A stretch of DNA of 61,341 nucleotides. It comes from Dimorphilus gyrociliatus (Eukaryota > Animalia > Annelida). The notes under the pieces are model-generated. The model did not search any database. It saw nothing but the letters and a program-made list of their open reading frames with translations, and was not told the DNA's origin. Below, in pieces: positions 23,603-36,497 of this stretch. The first letter of the stretch is position 1. Each line of letters opens with the position of its first letter. Both the position numbers and the translations under genes were made by a program. The stretch spans positions 1-61,341 of the forward strand of contig CAJFCJ010000065.1 in assembly GCA_904063045.1 (NCBI GenBank), read 5' to 3'.

Positions 23603-24026
23603 ATGTGTAAACATTCTATTCGTCTAATACAGAACATTGTTTTGTCAAATTTTCAAACTTTTTTTTTTGTTCTTCATTTAAATCGCACCCACGAAAAGAA
23701 AAATTCTGCCAAGTTTGTGATGATATTTGAAGTCCTTCACAAATATTCAAAAATCCATTTTTCATATTTCTATTCTCCGATAGTTCAATTGTTTCAATTG
23801 CTGAACAATGTTTCAGCAAATTCCCAATATCTGTACTTTGTTCTTCATTTAATTGACAGTTATATAATTGCAGATTTTTCAAACTGTTTGATGACATTTG
23901 AAGTCCTTTACAAATATTGGAAAATCCATTTTCCTTATCTTTATTCAGAGATAGATTTTGAAGTTGATTTATATCCATATTGTTTACTTTAAGTTTTTGT
24001 TCTACATTGCTGACAGCAGAATTCAT
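23603..24026 (-). pseudogene. RI/NLR-type LRR fragment (136 aa)
   Basis: Alternating LxxLxLxxN/C repeats (LKNLQLYNCQLNEEQ, IETIELSENRNM); it ends against the mariner remnant. No NACHT exon was found. Confidence 0.6.
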
Positions 24027-25416
24027 CTTTTTTCATTTTGTAATTGTTAAATTTATACAAAACAATAGGTATGTTGAGAAGGTAGTATTTTTGGACATTT
24101 TCTCATCAAGTATTATAAGCAAATTAAACATTAAAGTCAGTACAAGTCACAGATAGGAATATTGTTGCCGCCATTTTGAATCTAACCTGTTTTTTCTATA
24201 TTCATTTTCTCTACTTGGAAAAATTCTATGTTTTGTGTTTCTTTAGTGAAATTTCTAACTTTTTATCAAAAACATGTAAAGAATTTTTTTATTATAAACA
24301 TCTGCATTAATAACGACATGGCATGAATGTGGCAATGCAGATGAGCACAGTCAAACACCCAGTTAAGTGACGCTAGCAAGGTATAAAAGAGAGTGAATGT
24401 AATAGAATGGTGTGAGAGACCAAGAGAAAATCAAATACAATTTGTACGAAATTCTTAGGAATTTCGTGCTATAAGCAAAAAACAAAATCTTATAAATAAC
24501 CTATAGATGTCTTAGTATCCTACTGGTATCAACTGGCCCCTCATAAATTTAAATTGTGTTATATAACCAAACAAATTTCTAATTGAACATTTGAAATATA
24601 CTGTATTCAGAGATATATGATTCCCTACCTATGAAGTGACTCTCTTTTCATTCCCACCATCAGTGTAATTGACAGACATAGCGACTAGATTGCTCAAGAT
24701 AGATCAATTATAATAACCACAGGTTATAGATTATACACTAAAAAAGCTATTAATAAGTGTCTCATAATCATAACCACAAAGAAAATTCAATATATTAAAA
24801 CACCTTTTAAATATGAAAAGTTAAAAATAATAACTGAATTATTGAGATTTGAGTAGAGGACCAAAAAAATTAAAAAAATCCATTTTGGAACATTTTAGTA
24901 AAATATATCCGACAGTTTTAATATATAATAATACATAAATATATATATATATATATATATATTTTGATAAATTAACAAAGGTCAAGGTCAAAGATAGGTC
25001 ATTTTATGATTTCTATTAAAACTACTTTAGCATCTGTGTAAACAAAAAAGAAAAAATTGGTTATCTTTAATACAATGTCAATTGATTTTCTTAAGAATTG
25101 AAAAACTTTCAAATTGAAGCAGGAAGAATTGGAAAATTTTTAATAAACATATCTAAACTAATTTTTATTCCTCTTTATATCATTTTTGGGAAATGGTAAT
25201 AAAAAGAAATACAAATGAATTGTGATCGTATTAAGAATTTTTTATCTCAATTTCTATTATCCTTTTGTCGTTTCATAATTAACATAATATATTAGTATTG
25301 AATATTTTTGCTTTTCTGCTTGGTAACCAACTTTCTGAATATAATTATCTAAGTATAAATAGTCAAGACTCAGTTTGATATATTTTCACACTCCAAAACC
25401 AACTGTCACAGCAAAT

Positions 25417-26049
25417 ATGTTATTGACAATTTTCATCTACTTTTGTAAGTTTTGTATAATAAATAATTTTGGTCTTGAAATTTTATTTTTCTTACTTTTA
25501 AAATTAAATTTTGCAGTTTTCCCTTCTGGAATCACTACACAGAATCCACTTGAAGACTGCAAACATATGTCTGAAAGTGAAGTTTCCAATGGGGTTAGTG
25601 AATACTATAATCTTGGATATTATTCAGGTGGATACACACCAAATACTGTGGAATGTGAGCGCCTTAGCTCACCAAAAACAAACCCCTACTTTCTTGTCAA
25701 AGTCATAGCTACAGACATGGAGGAGTCTCCAGGCTGTTTGGATGATGTTGCCGCAATATATAATGGCTCTACTGGAAACCTTGTCCGCAAGTGGTGTGGT
25801 CATATGGCAAACTTTTCATTCGAAATCAGTGGATCACATGATATTTTCTTCTATTTTAAGGCTGATTCTGACAGTCATGTTGGAAGAGGTACAAAATTTG
25901 AAATTATTGTACCCCAGAGTAGACTGCAACAGACCGAATCATCTGGTATAAACTTACCAATTATCCTTGGTGGGGGAATTGGAGGTTTTGCTGGTTTTAT
26001 TGGCTTTGCTTGCATGATATGGTGTATATGTAAATGGTGTTGCTTGTAA
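25417..26049 (+). CDS. Single CUB-domain type I membrane protein; exons 25417-25444 and 25517-26049
   Basis: A 72-nt gtaagt...ttgcag intron gives the signal peptide MLLTIFIYFFFPSGITT. CUB motifs YTPNTVEC, C..D...IYNG...KWCG, FFYFKADS; TM ILGGGIGGFAGFIGFACMIW; tail CICKWCCL*. Confidence 0.8.
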   Translation: MLLTIFIYFCKFCIINNFGLEILFFLLLKLNFAVFPSGITTQNPLEDCKHMSESEVSNGVSEYYNLGYYSGGYTPNTVECERLSSPKTNPYFLVKVIATDMEESPGCLDDVAAIYNGSTGNLVRKWCGHMANFSFEISGSHDIFFYFKADSDSHVGRGTKFEIIVPQSRLQQTESSGINLPIILGGGIGGFAGFIGFACMIWCICKWCCL

Positions 26050-26273
26050 AAACTAGCTCTCTATCAAACTATTTCACTTTTAAAAAGAATCATCAATAAA
26101 CTTGTGCACTTTAGTTCGATATAGTTGCTTTTTAAAAACCATAGACTTAATTACTTTTATTTAGAATTATATTAAGGCCTGAAAAAGCTATAATTCAATT
26201 AACTTTTGTATGAATATCATCTATTTGCAAATACTTATTCGGGAACTTGAATTTCTATTTGAAAGTGTACTTT

Positions 26274-26380
26274 GGGGATGCGACAGAAAATGTCCACAAA
26301 TCAGTGCTTTTACCCTAACCCTAACCCAGCCCTTGGCTGTATCTAACTTTTTCCATTAGCCCTGACCCAAGATTCAATGG
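26274..26380 (-). mobile_element. Partial TTAGGG-bearing MITE
   Basis: gacagaaaatgtcc terminus followed by ccctaaccctaacccagcccttg, shared with 22108-22314. Confidence 0.6.
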
Positions 26381-26515
26381 AGTTAAGAAATCATATCAAT
26401 AGTTGTAGGTAATGGTCTGCTCAGGTTGTTGGATTATCCTTTAAATCCAATATTTAATAATAAACCCATTGTATTTTGAACACTGCCAAAAATAAAAATT
26501 TCTGTTAAAATAATG

Positions 26516-26805
26516 GCAAAGTAGCTTTTTCTATATTTGTTCAAATTTAGAAAATGTCCCATTGTCTAGATTTTTCAAGAATTAAAATTACCAACAGAAC
26601 GTAATCCACTAGTTATTGTTATTTAAATTGTTATTTTCATTATATGCTTTGATGTATTAAACGTCATTGTAAAAGGATTATATCCAGTTTTTCGAAATTT
26701 GAAGAAATGACTAATAGCTTTTTTTTGGCAATGAGCCATTATAGATATTTCCAGTTAAATTGAGTACTTTTTTTCAACAAATTCATATAGAAAAAGCTAC
26801 TTTGC
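26516..26805. mobile_element. ~290-bp MITE with 21-bp TIRs
   Basis: gcaaagtagctttttctatat (26516-26536) and atatagaaaaagctactttgc (26785-26805). No TSD recognised. Confidence 0.7.
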
Positions 26806-27474
26806 TTTTGGGATTATAAGTAGAAGTTAGATAATCTTGTTTAGGCCTAGTTAACTCAAGATTATGTGAAAGTTGATACAAAGATTACTGATATTATAAT
26901 TTAAACGTTAAATGTGTCGATTACAAGAAATCAAGCATTTTAAATAGTAAATGATAAGTATTCTCTCTATAGAATAAAGTCCTAAGAATGTAGATATAAT
27001 TCGAATATATCTTCATGTAAGAAATCAAGAATATCATGCAAAGATGATATTCTCCCATCCATCAAATGCCTAATGACCAATATTGTTCAGATCAATTTAT
27101 CTGGATGTGGTAGAAAACGGCCATAAATCTATGGTTTTACCCTAACCCTAACCCAGCCCTTGTTTTTGTCAAACCTTTTTGAATACCCCTAACCCTTAGA
27201 TGGGACCCTCCTAAGAACATATCAACAGTTATCTTATTCCTCCTAACCATTTCCCAGGCTGAAATCTAACTTTCAAATATTTCATTTATGGCCGTTTTCG
27301 ACCGGTCCCAATTTATCTTATGCCAATAATGACTTGTGTGATTAAATCCTACTAATGTTGTGAATTGTAACATGATATGTCCAGAGACTAGTTGTAATGT
27401 TTGATTGGATAGTATAGGCAAGTTCATATTCAATCAATTGTACTCAAAAAACATGTGAAAAAAATGATAATTGA

Positions 27475-29427
27475 TTATGAGGATGAAACATAAAAAAGAG
27501 TTATTGATGTCAATTTCCATGTTGAGCTGAAGACATCGTTAATTGTCTCAACTGATAAAGTATCACCTTGTTCTAACTTTAACAATCCTCCTCTGCTCAT
27601 ACTTTCACTATATCTTCGATATCTTAATCTTTGCATACCCAATTTCTCTTCATCATTAACCATAATTGATATTACAGTTTGCAATCCTGAAAATGTTCCA
27701 ACTGATACATCAATATAATATAAACCGGAAATTGCAACTTTATAAGCTTTCTGTCCTGGATTCCAGCCAGAGTTTGTGTCAAGTTCAATTTGTTGATAAT
27801 CAATCCGTTCCCTTCTTGATACGAACAAACTTCGAGTTCTATATGCATAAAATGCTGGACTTTGTTCAGTTGCACTCAATTTAAAACCAGATAGATATGT
27901 ATATAAATATGCTGACCTTGAATAACCTCTAAATAATTTTAATGACATTTTATCATTTTTGTTTAATTTAATAAGAATTCCTCTCGACCCATGATTATTT
28001 CTTGACATAAAATTAGATTTAACTACATGTCTTGAAGAAGGTAATGGATCATCATTAACTACTACACCAACTAAACAATCTCTGCCATCTTTAAAACCTG
28101 TACCAAAATGAATAAAATACCATCCATCTGTTGATATGGTTAATTCAGTTTTAGCAGTATTTATAGCCACGCCCCTTAGTGTAACAATAATATTAAGGGG
28201 AATTGTACTATTGACATTTGTATAATCAGTTCCTCTTCCAATTAAGAATGCATTGTTTGTTTCATAGAAAAAGCCACTCCATGATGTTTGACAGCCATTT
28301 TCACTACTAACAATCTCAGTCATACTTCCAATATCTTGGTTAGGTTTTGACAGAGAAGTTAATGAATATATTCCACCTATGCTAAAAGTATCACTATGGT
28401 AACTATTTTCTTGAAAGAGAGCAATATTAGATCCTAAATCATTTGTTTTCATTAAAAAGTCTATATTTGAAGATAGAGGTGTTGTTGCAGTAGATGATAG
28501 GAAATATAAACCATTTCTTTTTATGTTTAATGAATTTGTAGTTGTATTGAATAAATCACCATTATCATGATTTACTTTATTCCATACCAATCTTCCCAAT
28601 GGTAATGAAGTAGATCTTGTCATTGAGACCATAAATGCTGGTTTTTTATTTGAATTGCATGGAGGATTTGTGCATAATAAAACATCAATTGAATTTCCTG
28701 GACAATCAGCACCGCCATTTGTTGGAGCAGGGTTTGTACAAGTTCTTGTACGAGTTCGTAGACCATCTCCACAAAATGGATTACATTCACTCCACCTAGA
28801 CCATTGGGACCATTCTCCTGCTACAGGGCAGTTAGATTCATCAGCTGTAACGCACACTTTTGTTGCACAATCTCGAATGTTTAAAGATGGACTGAAAAAG
28901 TAACCTTGTGGACATTGCTGAGGCCATGCAACACCATTAAAACAATGATAATATTGTCTACAGTCATTTTTGTTAGGGTATGTCCCAATTCGATTATCTT
29001 CACACTCAGAATTTTTCATATAACATAATTTATCAAAGTTATTTACAACATCAACATCTGTTGAACATTCATTAGATTCCTTAGATTCTATAATCATTGA
29101 TGAATTATCTCCTGGACAATCAGCAATATGTGGTTCCACACACATAGTATATTTACAATTGGTTAAGAGGAGAGTAAATAAAAGTCCAGGAGGACATTGT
29201 TGAGGATGAGCTGTACCATTGATACAATTATAGTAAGTTCCACAATAACTGGGGTCAGCAAAGGCACCATCAATAGGCTTCAATTCAGAGTTTAAGGGAC
29301 AAACAAATCGAGAAAAGTTGCACTCAACTAATGTTAACACTATTTAAAATTAAAAAGACATGCATAAATTAAATAGAAACTCTTTAAAAAACTACTAACA
29401 GAACAGGGCATTGATTAACAAAGTCAT
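27475..29427 (-). CDS. Second copy of the ChtBD2x2-TSP1-C1qx3 gene
   Basis: The 621-aa ORF is identical to 20077-21942 in the ORF track, with a mirrored signal-peptide exon. Confidence 0.88.
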
Positions 29428-29510
29428 GTTCTCTTTTCCAAAGTAAAATGAATTTCATTGTTTCAAATTTTCAATTATTTTTAGCTTTCTATTCTATTCT
29501 GATTAGATAA

Positions 29511-31941
29511 TGTTGAATAAGATACGATAAGTAACGTTTGTAATAGCCGGCAGAGGGCCGATGTATCTTTTAAACATAATGTTGTAAGAATCCCGCCAGG
29601 TGGCCCTTGGTGTATGTTCAGTAGCTGAATTGTCTTTACCGTCGTAATATATATTGTTAAGATATATGTTTCACAGTAACTATTAAAATAAAGTCCTTTT
29701 CCTACTTTATTCAAAAGTAAAGACAAGACGAAGTTCTCGATAAGACAAATTTTGAATTAGTTTTACATTTTTGGGACGATTCAGAAAGGAGAATTTAAAT
29801 TGTTCCTCACATTCGAAAGTTGAGAATATCTTAACCATTGGGAGTTAAGAATTGCTGGGAATTGTCCAGTAGAAAAGAATATTTCAATAATCAAGAACCA
29901 AAGGTATTTATAACCATTTGGAAGATAGAATGTTTGACCATTGAAAAAATTTTGAAAATTAAAAATGGCGAGCAATATAAACTCTGATGATTTTGAAGAT
30001 TCTATATTGCCATCTCAATTAAAAGGCAGGGTTAGGGTTAGTTTCAAGATTGTTACATCAAAAAGCCCCCCTCTTAAGAATTTACTCAAAAAGGAGTCAT
30101 TCAAGAGCCAAATAGAAGAATATGCTTCCCACCCAAGTGGAAGGTTTGAATCAGCTTTAGAAAGATTAGATCATCACTTTAATAGAATAGACAAATATGA
30201 GGAGATGGTCAACAGAATCCACTGCTATGGGAAACTGGATATAGGTGCTGGTGACACCTTAGTAAATCTTGCAGAATATATGTGGAGTGTAATAAAATTG
30301 TTGGGCGCGGAACAAGTCCAACCAATGGTTGAGGTAGCAGTGGGAAACTTTACAGATTCTCTAAAGGAACTGTGGGTTAAAAGAACCAAAAGTAAAATAG
30401 GCACAAATGAATATGAACCAGAGAAAGAGTTAATTCAATTCTTAGAGTCTCAACAAAGCAGGGCGGTTTATCTGCAATATTCTCTGATCTCTAGCTCATC
30501 AAAATCCGCCCATAGATTTGATGGTAAAGGTAAAGATCTTCAGACTGGGAGAATAATTTGCTATTATTGTGAACGACGACATAGGATGTTGGAGTGTCTG
30601 GAATTTGAAAGGGACAGCAAATTTGTGAGAAAAGAGAAATTAACCAAGTTGAATAGATGTTTAAACTGCTTAAGGCTTGGCCCCAAAGCAAGGAATTGTA
30701 CCAAAAAACCTTGTGACAGGTGCCAACAACAAGTCCATCCTGCTTTACATAACTGTTGAAAGGTAGAAAACACTTTACTGGTGGTAGAGGACAGAGCAAA
30801 ATTGGCGAATATGGTTAACATTAAGGTTAACACTAAACAACAAAACTTGGTTGTAATAGGAGATACTGGATCAGACATCATGCTAGTAAGAAATGATTTA
30901 ATGAAGAAGTGGTGAATAAAGCCTATTGCACAAACAGATCTAATAATAAATGGACTCTGAGTAATTCGACGTACTGCAGACTTATATCAGTTGAATATAA
31001 ATGGTTGTTAGATCGAGGCAAATGGCATTGAACATTTGCCAAGAGTAAACCAGCAAAAATTTAAACATGGAAATATCGAAATCCCTCAATTTCAAAATGA
31101 AGGAGTGGGTTTGGTAGTGGGCAATAATTATTATTCGTTATTACACCACACAGATTCGAAAAATTTGGATAATGGGATGACTTTGGTAAAAAACAAGCTA
31201 GGCTGGCAACAATGCTAAAGTGCAAGTTAACTGCAATATTGCAGTTAAAAACCCACAGAACAAAGAAACAAAAATATCAATAGCAGATGAAGTGCTTTCA
31301 AAACTGTTTGAAAAGGAGACAGTAATCAAAGATGATAAAATTATAGCACTATTGTTAATAGACAAAGAAAAGAATTCTGCCCAAGGAAGATGGAGGAAAA
31401 TTGTCTATTACAGCAGCTGAAAGCCTTTAAGAATAACCCTGTTTTAGAATGGAAATATGACAAGAAAATTTACAAATATTTGAATGAAGCGGTTGCAATC
31501 CCCAAACCAAAGGGCGTTAACATAGTAAATTACATCCCTCATCATGGAGTTCAGAGTAAACACAAGAAATTCAGAGTGGTGTTCGCATGCAATTACAGCC
31601 CTAATGGAAATGATATCCCTTTAGTACAATTCAAGAGAGAAAGAGTCAAGAAAATTCTTAATCATACTGAGGATTATCAATGGGAATATGTACCCACAGA
31701 GAATAATCTGGCTGATAAATTGACAAAATTAAGAGATTTTTCTTTAAAGGACATTTTGTCTCTATAGGCTACAATTACAATTATCAAAAAAAATTGTTTG
31801 TAACAAATGATAATGTACCTTTAAATCTTATTGGAACAGTTGAAATGGGGTTCAATGATTCAAAATTTTCAATGTTAGATAAAAATAATTATTATTAAAA
31901 TCTTTTATGATCTTTTGTTATTGTTTATTAAGAATTCCAGT
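29511..31941 (+). mobile_element. Internally deleted BEL/Pao element (uninterrupted right-arm copy)
   Basis: LTR 29511-29767, gag 29965-30759, GDTGSD protease at ~30860, RT and RNase H fragments in 31390-31767. No integrase and no 3' LTR. Confidence 0.87.
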
Positions 31942-34059
31942 AGATCTCTACTAACTCAGCTTCTCTTCTTAATTCTCTTATGAGGGAATACAAGTTCTCA
32001 TCCATGTTCAAGTTTTTGTTAAGCCTGGAATGCCATGCCTCAACATGATTGTTTGTTCTCACAATAATTTTAATAAATGTTTCTTCAATATAATCAAGCA
32101 AATCTGAAAACAATTTCTTTTCACAAAGTTCTTCTTTTATTTGAAAAAACTTTTGTTCAATAAATTTTGCTGGAAGATAGGCCAAACACATCAATTTTTG
32201 TAACATTTTCCCTTTATATTCATTTTCTTTATAATCATTAATGTATCCAAGTTTCTAACAAAAAATTTTCTATGAATATTTAATTGTTTGCAGTATTGTT
32301 TAATCTACCTGAATGTTTCTCAAAATTGCTTGCTTGAAATGAAAAGAGCATCCTTGAAGGTCAGAATTAGGAAACTGGTCTTTAAGTGCCATCCATATAG
32401 CCTTTTCAAAATCAAGAACACATTTCCTGGGTGTTTTATCATTCAGTAATTTTCTTATCTCCTGTGTTCATTTATAAGGAGTTAAATTAAAAGTGAATAT
32501 CATATTGAAAAATTTCAAACCTGAAGAACAGCAATATAGCAGTTTTTCTTTTTGCTACTCATCAGAACATAAATCAATGGAACCTGCTGATATTCATCAT
32601 GTTTTTTCAAGAATCCATGAATTGAAAAGAGTTGATAAAATGGATCTCTAACAACTTTAAAAGTTGCATCAATGAACCAAATTTTACAACATTCAAGTAA
32701 TTCTATTTGATGATTTGTACCAAATATAATACATTGATTTTTCTTTTCTTTTATATCTTTCAATAAGAAATCCATTGGAATTTCATCTAGATTGATTTCA
32801 AAGTGTAAATCTCTAGGATGCTTTGGTCTTCTATTCTCTTTATATCTGGAAGCTTTTCTTCTTAGTGATTCTAATTCTGGTAAGTCTTCAATATTATCTT
32901 TAAATTTAAGAATAATATCTTCTGCTATTCTTTTACCAGTTTTGTCATTGTCACAATTTGCCATTTCTTTCAAATCCATTCTTGATTGAAGAACATTTTC
33001 CAGATTTTTATACAACTTATGAAGATGGTTTCCATTTTTTACAATGAAATTTGATCCTTTTTGTATTATGTATGCAGTACAAGGATTTTTAGCATATCTT
33101 TGAGTACATCTCCAGGTAATTGAACTCTCAGTTTTTCTTTTCATGGAATATGAACAATTTTTGTGTAGAAGTAAGTCTTTACCTTTGGTACTTCCACCAA
33201 CAACAATTTTGAATTCATCTGTTTCAGTTTCCATAATGTTACACTGCTCATCCATCTCAAATGAAGTTTCATCACTGATGTCAACTCTCATATCTCTCAT
33301 ATCTTGCCTATTATCAGGAAGATTCACCTCTTTTTCAATATTTGATGATTCAGTTGAATTAAAGTCAAAAGAGAGTCTCAGCTGTCAAAAATAATTTAGA
33401 GTGAGATATTAATATTTTTTAAGCATTGAAATTACCTGATTTGTGTTGCTTTCACTTGCATAATCCATGGAAGATTCCATATCAATATCACTTTCTTGAA
33501 GAATTTCACTCTGATGATAATTATCTATTTTCTTCAATTTAATAAATAATTGTCTTCTCCTGACATCATGACAATCAGAGCAATAATCTGTATCTTAATA
33601 TATAAATGATATAGCATTAAACATTGGAAAGTTTAATAGAATACACTTACTTTTTGAACATTTTGCATGATAAAAATGTCTGCACAACTTGCATCTGAAT
33701 TTTCTTTGAGTCCAGTGGAACCTCAATCCACACTTCCAACAATTTTTAAAATTCATGCTGTGGTTTCTATCAAAACTAGGATGAAATGCAAGAAAACAAA
33801 TATACCCTCTACTTTTTTCACAACAGGAAAAGGAAATTTCAAAAAAAAGTAAAATATACTTTTGAAAAAAAGAAAACTGGTAATATGAAAATGTTTCAAA
33901 TTTTTTGAATGATTTATATATATATATATATATATATGTGGAACTGCAATTGAAAATTACATGTTTTTTCTTGTTATTTTTCTAACATGGGGTGAAATAT
34001 TTTGGGCGGAAATGTCCCAAAGTGGGCCAAAATGTCCTGGGCCGAAATGTCACTGCACC
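31942..34059 (-). mobile_element. Mutator/Phantom family B, truncated (right-arm copy)
   Basis: Mirror of 12556-14673, with one K/R codon difference. Confidence 0.88.
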
Positions 34060-35184
34060 TAATTTACATAATTGTTTTATTTCATTTAATAATTTCAATC
34101 TACAAATATTCAAATACGTAAAAAAATATAAAATTCATTACAAAACATTTGCCTGTTATTTTTTTACAAATTTTTCTTTTATTTCAGAAAAAAGTTGCAG
34201 ATAATAAAAGACTGACAATTGGCTTTAGTATAGAATCTAAAAATTTAAAATTTATTTTAAATAATAATCATATTTACTCTGATTTAGAAAATTATGGAAA
34301 ATATATAATGGAAGAATTGAAAATTTTATTATAATAACTTTGTTTATATTTCTCTCTTTAATAAAATAAAATTGAAAATGAAAGAAATTTAAAAAAATTA
34401 CAAAATGTTTTTGTATTTTTAAAAGTCATTGAACACAAATATATAAATCTTGAATATTTGTAGATATCTTTTTATTTAATTACTACTAGCTGTCGCTTTA
34501 AACAGAAAATATAAAAAAGTATTTTCTTCCAATTTAAAAGTATTTGTATTTAGAAATAAATTTTTATTTATTTATTGAGAAAATTTTTTAAAAGATTAAT
34601 TCATTAAAATGAATGTTTATGTTTTGGTTCATGTAGCATCTTGTTACTAAAAATAAACATGAACTAGAAAGTTCTCTAACTGTAAAATGCTGACTAACTA
34701 ACTGTATTGTTCAGAACAGAATGCATTCTAAAGTTTAGTAATTTTAAATTTAAGCTTAGATTTGGGTGAGCACATTAGCAAATTGATAAATGATTAGAAA
34801 GGATAAATACAGTTCTCATGTGCAAAAATATTCTGACAATTACTATACAACAAAGTACAGTTGAGGAGAGGTTTTGGCTAATACCAATTTTCTCTAGAAT
34901 AATAAATATACTGTATTTTCATCAAATTGTTTGCTCACAACCACATAAAAGTAGGTCACTAATGCTCAAGTCTACTAATGCAAATGGGCAGAGACCAATT
35001 TTTATCCCCTACTATTCATCAATGGTAGAATAGAACTAATTGCTACATATGAATAATAAGATTAGAAAGCAACTGATAACATTTTGAGGTTCAAGGTTCA
35101 GTCTACAAATTCCATCAGTTGTCTTTAAATTATTGACATATTTCTATTTTAATATCTGATCTAATTGTATTTTTTTTGTAAATA

Positions 35185-35870
35185 CAGTTATCCAAAATGA
35201 AGAATGCAACCAATTCCTTTACCAGAAAGTAAAACACAGTTGTCATCAGCAAATAGTAAGCATAGAATCAGATTAGAACAATTGTCACTAATATTTCAAA
35301 GTGCCTTTTGCCCAACATCTGACTCAATTAATTATATTGTCAAAAGTAATTTTTCCAAATGTGTATTACTATCAAGACCTTCACCCATAACCACACCAAT
35401 ACTGCCATCAAGGAAACATTTTGAGAGGGTAAGTGCTTTCAAATTGGACCAATTGTCTTTTATATTCTGAAATATTTCTTTTACAACATTTAATCTAAAT
35501 TAATTATCTTCCAAAGTAATATCTTCCAAATGTGGATTATTTCCAATAGCTTTACCAACAATAAAACCAATGCTTTCATCAAAGCAACAGTGTTGATAAA
35601 ATAAGTTCCTTTAAATTTGAACAGTGATCTCTTAAATTTTGAAATATTTCTCTTTTAACATTTGACCCAATTGTATTGTTATTCAAATTCAGTTCTTTCA
35701 AATGTTGATTACATTTTTTATTAAACAAGGAAGCAAAGCTAAACAATGGTACACTTTTGTAAAAGTCTTCTGTTCTTCTGAGATTGAATTCCATTGCATT
35801 CAATTTTTTGTCTGAAATTGCCTTTAGATTCAAAGTGTTTTCTCCAATGGCCAATTTCTTAAATATTTTT
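35185..35870 (-). pseudogene. RI-type LRR pseudogene crossing the outer breakpoint of the right arm
   Basis: ORF 35579-35854 (HLKELNLNNNTIG...NLKELILS) continues through a frameshift into the duplicated LRR remnant. Confidence 0.65.
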
Positions 35871-36497
35871 TAAATATGTTCTGTACAGGCACTCTTGAAT
35901 TCTGTATCTGTCTTGAAATCTTGCTCTTAGACATCTTCTTAATTTTCTTTCCACCACTAATTTTCTTACATCTAAGCTATGTATCAGATTCACTGCATTC
36001 AGCTATTTTTGTCCATTTGTTTAAAATAGAAATGGAACTAAATATTTATTTTGTTTTAAAAGTTTGATTTGAAAGAAATGAATTGTATTGCAAACTTTTT
36101 ATATTGTGTTTTGCAAAAAATTAAATGATTAAATTCAAATTTTGATTGACATGAAGATGAAATTTCTGATATAAAACCTTTGGAAATAGTTTTCAAAAAT
36201 TTCTAAAAGAGAATAATAAAAATTTGTTCTGTTTTAATATAAAAGATAAGCTAAATGAAACTGTATGTCAACCATTTCAATACCATCCTATTGTTTTTCT
36301 GTTTTAAAAAATGTTTGTTAATTCAATACTTCCGGTGTGTGACATTTTAGAATTAATTAAAAGATTGTTTCAATCAATATTTGTTCTAAACAAGTTTAAC
36401 ACTTTTTTCTATTAAAAAATGAGAATGTAAAAAAATGATAATATTTTGGAAATATATGCAAATTTTTTAATACTCTATTGATTATTTTATAGGAGAA

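Larger units (their letters stand above)
26809..35599 (-). repeat. Right arm of large inverted duplication (8,791 bp)
   Basis: Reverse complement of 11016-22608 minus the MULE A insertion. Confidence 0.97.

Noticed and set aside
29768-29790. Primer-binding site after the BEL LTR (ttttTGGGACGATTCAG)
   Set aside because: It has the TGG start, but I cannot match it to a tRNA 3' end from memory.
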